From Eledone cirrhosa (lineage: Eukaryota), in the NCBI GenBank assembly GCA_964016885.1, contig OZ024743.1, forward strand, positions 334,490,001-334,554,000: a DNA stretch of 64,000 bases, written 5' to 3'. A model generated the notes under the pieces. It saw only the letters and a program-made list of their open reading frames with translations, did not search any database and had not been told where the DNA came from. This document shows positions 57,179 through 64,000 of the stretch, piece by piece. Made by a program: the position numbers and the translations under genes. Every line of letters starts with the position of its first letter. The stretch's first letter is position 1.

Positions 57179-57295
57179 TGCAGCTTTCTTCGTCAGAATT
57201 ATCAGGACAATCTCTCCAGAAGTCACACCATTTATTTTCTGAAATACATTGACCTCCCCGACATTTTCGTTTCCCTGGAGGACATTTGAATGTTT
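57179..57295 (-). CDS. Host exon encoding one LDL-receptor class A repeat
   Basis: (E)TFKCPPGKRKCRGGQCISENKWCDFWRDCPDNSDEESC has six Cys and the DxSDE motif. Polypyrimidine tract plus TTGCAG acceptor, GTAAAT donor, 117 bp, phase 1-1. Confidence 0.92.
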
Positions 57296-57367
57296 CTGCA
57301 ATAAAAAATAAAAGTTTGAGCATTTAATTAAGAAAGACATTGTGTATTGTACTTTTTGAAATATTTA

Positions 57368-57643
57368 AGTCTGTCTCAAGCCAGAAGGCTCGTTACACCG
57401 GTGCTTATCTCGGTTTCCTGGCGTGAAGCGACTGAGAGTACACGACACCCCCTGGAAGGGCGCTAGTTCATCGGAGGGTTAAACCCCCAGCTATTGCTGG
57501 TACTCATTTTCAGCTGAGCATAGTGGAGCAACGTGAATGAAGTGTTTTGCTCAAGAACACAATACGCAACCCAGCCAAGGAATCGAACACACGGCATTAT
57601 GATCGTAAGTCTAACACCCTTACCACCAGGCCACACGCCTCCA
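57368..57643 (-). mobile_element. Full-length tRNA-derived SINE
   Basis: A box TGGCCTGGTGG, B box GTTCGATTCC, body AAAATGAGTACC, tail GGCTTGAGACAGACTT. Confidence 0.75.
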
Positions 57644-57729
57644 AAAGTATACCATATCATATTTAAGACTCAGACATAGCATTAGTTAAACTTCTAGTTT
57701 TTTATTCTATTTAAAACACATTGCAATGC

Positions 57730-57940
57730 AATGGACCTCTGTCAGTTTCGACGAGGAGTGTTCCATCTGTACGATGAACGGAATATTCCTGCTTACGAAG
57801 TTAAAGTGCATGTAACTGAGTATTCCACAAACACGTGTCCTTAACGCAATTCTTTGGGAGGTTCAGCTGGCCCATTGAATTACAGATACACGCCACCTGA
57901 CGGGCTTTCATACACTTTCTGTCTACCCAATTTCACCTAG
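57730..57940 (-). mobile_element. SINE body fragment
   Basis: Similar to 59010-59335, 36110-36270 and 16260-16345. Confidence 0.5.
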
Positions 57941-58027
57941 GACCTAATGATTGCTTACCGAACTTAAGCTTTTGGTCATGCTGTGTCCACACAAAATACA
58001 ATATGTAGTATTGTTATCACTACTATA

Positions 58028-58262
58028 TTAGTTAAAGTTATTTATATCACATGGGTAAAGACACCCTTCGGTTACGAATGACCATGGGGTTTGCGCCTAG
58101 AAGGTTCTTCCGAAGCACAAGTCTGGGCATAGTTGTTTGTGTAAGACCAGCAGTCGCATATGCATACCAGTCGCCCCTCTCCACGCCACCGATGTTGTCC
58201 AAAGGTAAGACAATGGCAGACACAGCTTGGAACTGATGCCGTTGCAACTCATTTCTACAGTA
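58028..58262 (-). mobile_element. SINE body and tail fragment
   Basis: CTGTAGAAATGAGTTGC...GGTGGCGTGGAGAGG...GCGACTGCTGGTCTT. Partial match at 53555-53580. Confidence 0.45.
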
Positions 58263-58399
58263 AACGTGAAATAGAGTAAGTTAAAATCTCTCAGGTGTTC
58301 ATATATGATAAATATATATCACTCTACAGTGATATATATGATAAAGTCTTCTAGGTCTTCTACATACAGTGTTATGTATTCTTAGGTCTTGAATAATAA

Positions 58400-58770
58400 T
58401 CATCCCACTTTTGAAATACCATCTTAAAAAGAAGGTGAGGGTGGAAAGAAAGGTGTTGCATCCCAATAAATTCGCTGAAAGGTGGGGGAATGTGGCGAAA
58501 ATTGCCCGAGTGAATGGGCCTACTCTGTATATAAACCTGTAGGTTAAAGAAAACAAGAGAGAAGACGGTAGCACTTACAAAACATGTTCTCGGTATTGAG
58601 GGTTGTTCTATCTTCGGGGTGTAAAGCAACCCAGCAGTGACGTTCCCAGCCCTATTACGGATGTTTATTAATAATTGTTAAATTTCTTTACACGATTCCA
58701 TATATAACCTCCACTGTCATATGTATTCTAATGTCACATTTTTGTGTGCCCTTGTGGCAAATAAAGACAT
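58400..58770 (+). mobile_element. L1/Tx1-like LINE 3' end
   Basis: LKKKVRVERKVLHPNKFAERW ORF end, then a UTR ending CCCTTGTGGCAAATAAAG. Opposite-strand relative at 59390-59710. Confidence 0.5.
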
Positions 58771-58775
58771 CTATT

Positions 58776-58960
58776 TATAGTGTTATATATGTTAAAATCT
58801 CCCAGATGTTCTATATATAGTGTTATATATGTTAAAACCTCCCAGATATTCTTTATATAGTGTTATATATGTTAAAACCTCCCAGATATTCTATATATAG
58901 TGTTATATATGTTAACTCTCCCAGGTGTTCTACAGTGTATATAGTGTTATATATGTTAAA
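58776..58960. repeat. About 40-bp minisatellite, 4-5 copies
   Basis: TATAGTGTTATATATGTTAAAACCTCCCAGATATTCTATA. Confidence 0.85.
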
Positions 58961-59009
58961 ATATAATGTAGATAATTATAATGACACGTGACACATGTTT
59001 ATATACACA

Positions 59010-59335
59010 GCATGACTGAATGGTTTAGAAGTTCTCATGGCAGATCCCGGGTCAATCTCAAATCTAATCATACGACCCATGGCTTGTGAGTAAAACTGGA
59101 TAGACGGAAACTGTTTAGAAGCTCATCGAATGGACTGTATCTGTAATTCAAAGGTGCCAGCTATGTCACATACAGTATCACATTGAATCTTCCTGAGAAA
59201 TACGTTAAGTGTGTACGAGAATGTGGAATGCTCAGCCGTTTACACAGTAATTTCTCAAGAATTTCTGTTCACAGTAGTTTCTGTTCCACTGAACAACGGG
59301 AGCAGCCATCTTCAGTACAGACTGTCGTCCATCCC
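59010..59335 (+). mobile_element. tRNA-derived SINE, decayed
   Basis: Degenerate A/B boxes, TAGACGGAAACTG...TGTATCTGTAATTCAA body. Confidence 0.5.
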
Positions 59336-59389
59336 TCTACTCACTTAAATACGTTATTCAACATACAAATATGTTATTCAAAAGATATA

Positions 59390-59710
59390 TTTCTTTATTT
59401 GCCACAAGGGCGCACAAGAAAAGGGGACAATACAAAGACATACAATCGTGTAAAAATGTTTAACATACAAATTCAACAATCGAAATCCCCAATAGGGGGG
59501 AGGCGTTACAAATGGGTTGTTTTATAACCCGTAGATAGAACAACCCTCAACTCCAGGAGCATGTTGTGCAAGTGCTCCGGTCTTCCTTTTGCTCTCCTCT
59601 TCAACCTACAGCTTTATATACAGAGAAGGGCCAATCACTCGGGCCATTTTTGCCACATTCACCCGCCTTTCAGTAAATTTACTGGAGTGCAGTACCTCTC
59701 TCTCCACTCT
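59390..59710 (-). mobile_element. L1/Tx1-like LINE 3' end
   Basis: Homologous to 58400-58770. Confidence 0.5.
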
Positions 59711-60154
59711 GATTCTCCTTGTGGTACCTAAAGAAGTAGAGAAAGGCATCTGTCCTCAGTCCCCTCAACCTTGTCCACCACATAACCTCTTTCATCATAG
59801 CCACTATACAGAGGAAAACCGCCTCTCTTATGTTATTCAAAACATAGCGACTATGGCAGATGTAATATCTTCGTGACCAGCTTGATATCGTTAATTTCTA
59901 AAGTGATATTGAAAGTGATTGGCGAAGAAAATGACCAATAGTACAGATTAAGATGAAAGGAATGGAAATATCATGAAATAACATGAAATATAAACCTACC
60001 AAATAATTGTTTCTACTTTTGGCACAAGGCCAGCAATTATCCCAAAGCATTACTGGTACTTTATTCTATCGACCCCGTAAGGATGAAAGGCAAAGTTAAC
60101 CTACCAAATAATGTTCTCTATATACAGTAACATTCAATTATATGTCTATCTTTT

Positions 60155-60211
<57 letters not shown>

Positions 60212-60424
60212 TACATACCCCCCCCCCCCCACACACACACTCATATATATATAGGCATAATAATATCATCAAGAAGATGGCTCACTTTCATTCACCTTCG
60301 GTGAGCATAGCTAGGGCCAGGTGGAGTTAATGTCGTTAGACAGTGTCTGGTGGGCCAGCAGTGGTGGCCAAATTACTGCACATCTTTGTCCCCTGGCGTG
60401 TTATATATATATATTTATATATAC

Positions 60425-60599
60425 AGTGTGGTAAGGAACCAGGTGGACCATAACGCACCAGAGTACTCGATACTTAGGGTAGTAGAGTAGGTAACAGGCA
60501 AAGAGTCAGGACCCCGATGGCTGAGCTCCGACCATTTCGACAGCTAGATCTAGCTGTCGAAACGGTCGGAGCTCAGCCGTCGGGGTCCTGACTCTTTTC

Positions 60600-60601
<2 letters not shown>
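60425..60601. mobile_element. Short TA-inserted fold-back element with half HHR
   Basis: Hairpin 60497-60600 centred on AGATCT. Same family as 5621. Confidence 0.65.
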
Positions 60602-60656
<55 letters not shown>

Positions 60657-60659
<3 letters not shown>

Positions 60660-60859
60660 TTAGAACACTGGAAGGTAATATCCGTAGTGGTAGAGCACTC
60701 AGTCCATGGGACGAGTTAGGTAGAAGTGGTTACACAACAGTTAGTTCACCATACTGAGAATAATTGTTTCACCTTAGCGGATCCTCAGATTACGAGCTGA
60801 GGATCCGCTAAGGTGAAACAATTGTTCTCAGTATGGTGAACTAACTGTTGTGTAACCAC

Positions 60860-60863
<4 letters not shown>
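60657..60863. mobile_element. Short TA-inserted fold-back HHR element
   Basis: Arms 60721-60788 and 60797-60864. Confidence 0.75.
60794..60829 (+). ncRNA. Minimal hammerhead ribozyme (36 nt)
   Basis: GAG-CTGAGGA-TCC GCTAA GGT-GAAA-CAATTG-TT^CTC. Confidence 0.7.
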
Positions 60864-61798
<935 letters not shown>

Positions 61799-62369
61799 AC
61801 ATATAGAGAAAAATACTGCAGGTAGCACATGGATAACATGTAATAAAATGAGTCCCTCATCAGTGATTTGCCGAAGATCATAGATATTTCATTGCATTAA
61901 AAATCATATACCTCACGTCGGTGCAATAATAACCAAAATAAGTTATTAGGACAATTAAAACGCGTAAAGCGAGTGAGACAGGAGAACAACAGAGTATGGC
62001 TAACCAGGGGAAAGAAACAAGCTTCAAAAATTATTCTGTTTAGCATAAGCTAGGTGAATATATGAGCGCTTTTAGAACAGACCCGACACGAGCGAAGGCT
62101 ATGAGCGGAGAGAGAAAAATAGCCTTCGTGGTGTACAGGATGAAATGAAGAGAAGAGAGAGAAACAGTGAGTGAGTGAAAGTGTGAGGAAGAGTTAACTG
62201 ACATGACAGAGGGGGAGAAACAGAGAGAATGGGGGAACAGTAAGAGAGAGAGAAAAAAAACACAGAATCGCAGTGGTATATATATATATATGTGTGTATA
62301 AGTTAAACAGAAATAACAACACAACCGGTACACTATATGGAGGTTAGCACATGGTATAGCAGGAAGAGG

Positions 62370-62405
62370 GATTTAAAGTTTCGGACGCTAGTCCTTCATC
62401 AGAAG
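62370..62405 (-). ncRNA. HHR-like motif; stems I and III weak
   Basis: CTT-CTGATGA-A-GGAC TAGC GTCC-GAAA-CTTTAAATC. Decayed relative at 17985-18025. Confidence 0.45.
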
Positions 62406-63799
62406 AAAGAATGAGAAATAAGATAGACTGAGGCGACGGGCGGATTGGAATTGGAAAAAATGTCTTTAGATAAAAATATCAGCTCCATTAATGTTGACAT
62501 GTCATATATATATATATATATATATGAATAAAATGATGAGCTGTGTGGTTGCATTATATATATATATATCTTAAGGTTTGTTGGTTCACCACTGGATAGA
62601 ACTTGTGACTCGCACTGAATTCGGAACCCGAACTTTACACTAGGTACAATCTGTTACCATTCCATCTCCTCTATCCTCTATATCTATATCTATATGTACA
62701 ACTTATATTATCTTACTACAACTTGATCTATATTGACTCTTATTTACCTTTATTAATTTTTTTACTAATCTTTAATTAGTAATTTTTTTAGAATAATTTT
62801 GATCGATTTGCACTTTTCATTGTTTGACTTGTATGGTGGTTTTTTCCCGGCTGCACGCTGGGCACTCGGATATTTCAGCCTTCCTTGAGTGCTCGGAAAA
62901 ATAAATTTCTCCTCTTTCGGTAAATGAAATTACTCGGAGTCGCTTGCTCTGCCCCAGTCCCACCGCGCCGCTTGTTTTGGCCGCCTAATTATACCTGTAC
63001 CTACAAACTCCAGGTTTGGGACACAACTATTAGCTGTATCTTACCTCTATTGACACGTAAATAAACTCCTAATGTGTGATTTAATAGTATTCGTGGTATA
63101 GACGATGGCCCGTCGAAATTGTGGGGTTCCCGCTAGCGATCCCGGGGCCAAAGTTAGTTACGTTCCTAGAGTACTCAGAAAAATTAATTTCCATTTCTTT
63201 CGCTGGACGATACCACTCGAGACTGGCTGACTCATGGTGGTGGGTGTGTTGGTTGGGTCTCCCAATCGAAATCTTTACTCTATATCCCATCCTAATAGCT
63301 TATCGAGTTAAAAAGAATTTTTTCATATAAGACTCTCTCCGTAAGTTCGTTAAATAAATAAATCTCGCTACCTCTATTTTTTAATTTACCATTTTGCAAT
63401 ATAATATTTTTAATTTAATTTATTTCATCCTATAACTCGCAACATAAGTTTAGCGTTCCAATCTTCGGTTCACACATTAGACCATACAGACACCCACTAT
63501 AGATTCTTTGGGTAGCACTCTTTTCGCGGCATTTTCTAACATGAATGTATTTTGACCCTTACACTACACTTCTTTCTCCCTTTCTTTCTTTCTTCTCCTT
63601 CTTCTTTGACGGAGTGGTGGTAGTACATGATAGGCCTGCGCCCCCTTACCAGATGTTCACTGGTAGTTTTTCGGTTGCCAACACTTTGAAGGCGGCTGGC
63701 TGTGAAGCTAGTTGGTCAGCCGCCTTCTGTGTCTCTGGTTTCTCGGACCCATGGTTTTTCGGACCCATGGCTTGTTACATATTCCTTTGTTATATTCCA

Positions 63800-63857
63800 A
63801 TACCTGATGATATCACCGGATTCATATGGAACCCGCTCATTGAAATTATAAATAGTA
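63800..63857 (+). ncRNA. Decayed HHR-like motif
   Basis: ATAC-CTGATGA-...CGGATTC/GAACCCG...-GAAA-TTATAAA-TA-GTAT, about 40 nt before a (TA)n tract. Confidence 0.45.
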
Positions 63858-64000
63858 TAATAAACCTTTCAAGGATTTACACCAGTCCAGCCTCCTGTTA
63901 TATATATATATATATATAGTTTTTGATGATTTAGTGTTAAAGAATAAAAACTTAAGATAAAATAGAAATATATTTATAAAGAATGAGACCCTCGAGAGTG

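Noticed and set aside
57560-57643. tRNA gene
   Set aside because: A and B boxes are present, but there is no complete cloverleaf and the sequence continues into a repeated SINE body.
58776-58960. CRISPR-like array
   Set aside because: Head-to-tail minisatellite with no unique spacers, no cas genes, and a eukaryotic context.
62570-63700. Possible host exon or LTR in moderately GC-richer sequence
   Set aside because: No recognisable protein motif, splice-bounded ORF or terminal repeat; left unannotated.

Overview
AT-rich animal genomic DNA, most likely intronic. The SINE/LINE repertoire and the very long (TA)n/(CA)n tracts suggest a coleoid cephalopod such as Octopus; this is inference. The only host coding sequence I can support is one 117-bp LDL-receptor class A exon on the minus strand (57179-57295). 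Bases 1-45 kb and 60-64 kb are dominated by Penelope-like retroelements (PLEs) and their non-coding derivatives, almost all sitting inside (TA)n tracts. They include a near-intact Naiad-type RT/GIY-YIG element with one frameshift (19952-24155), a second decayed Naiad-type element, a Neptune/Nematis-type element, and many short fold-back insertions. Reading by eye I find about 30 hammerhead ribozyme (HHR) motifs or half-motifs in roughly ten sequence families. These include U3:A8 and A4 core variants, long-stem-II forms and a candidate type II topology. Across unrelated families the insertions share one architecture: one arm runs to a full 3' end and the inverted arm stops at a fixed TA-like site about 16-75 nt past the predicted HHR cleavage site. 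Also present: a 5'-truncated CR1-group LINE, RTE-derived non-autonomous elements with a candidate HDV-like ribozyme at the 5' end, an internally deleted Helitron with both termini, RTE and L1/Tx1 fragments, and many tRNA-derived SINEs. All RNA folds were done by eye, none was tested, and boundaries are approximate unless stated.
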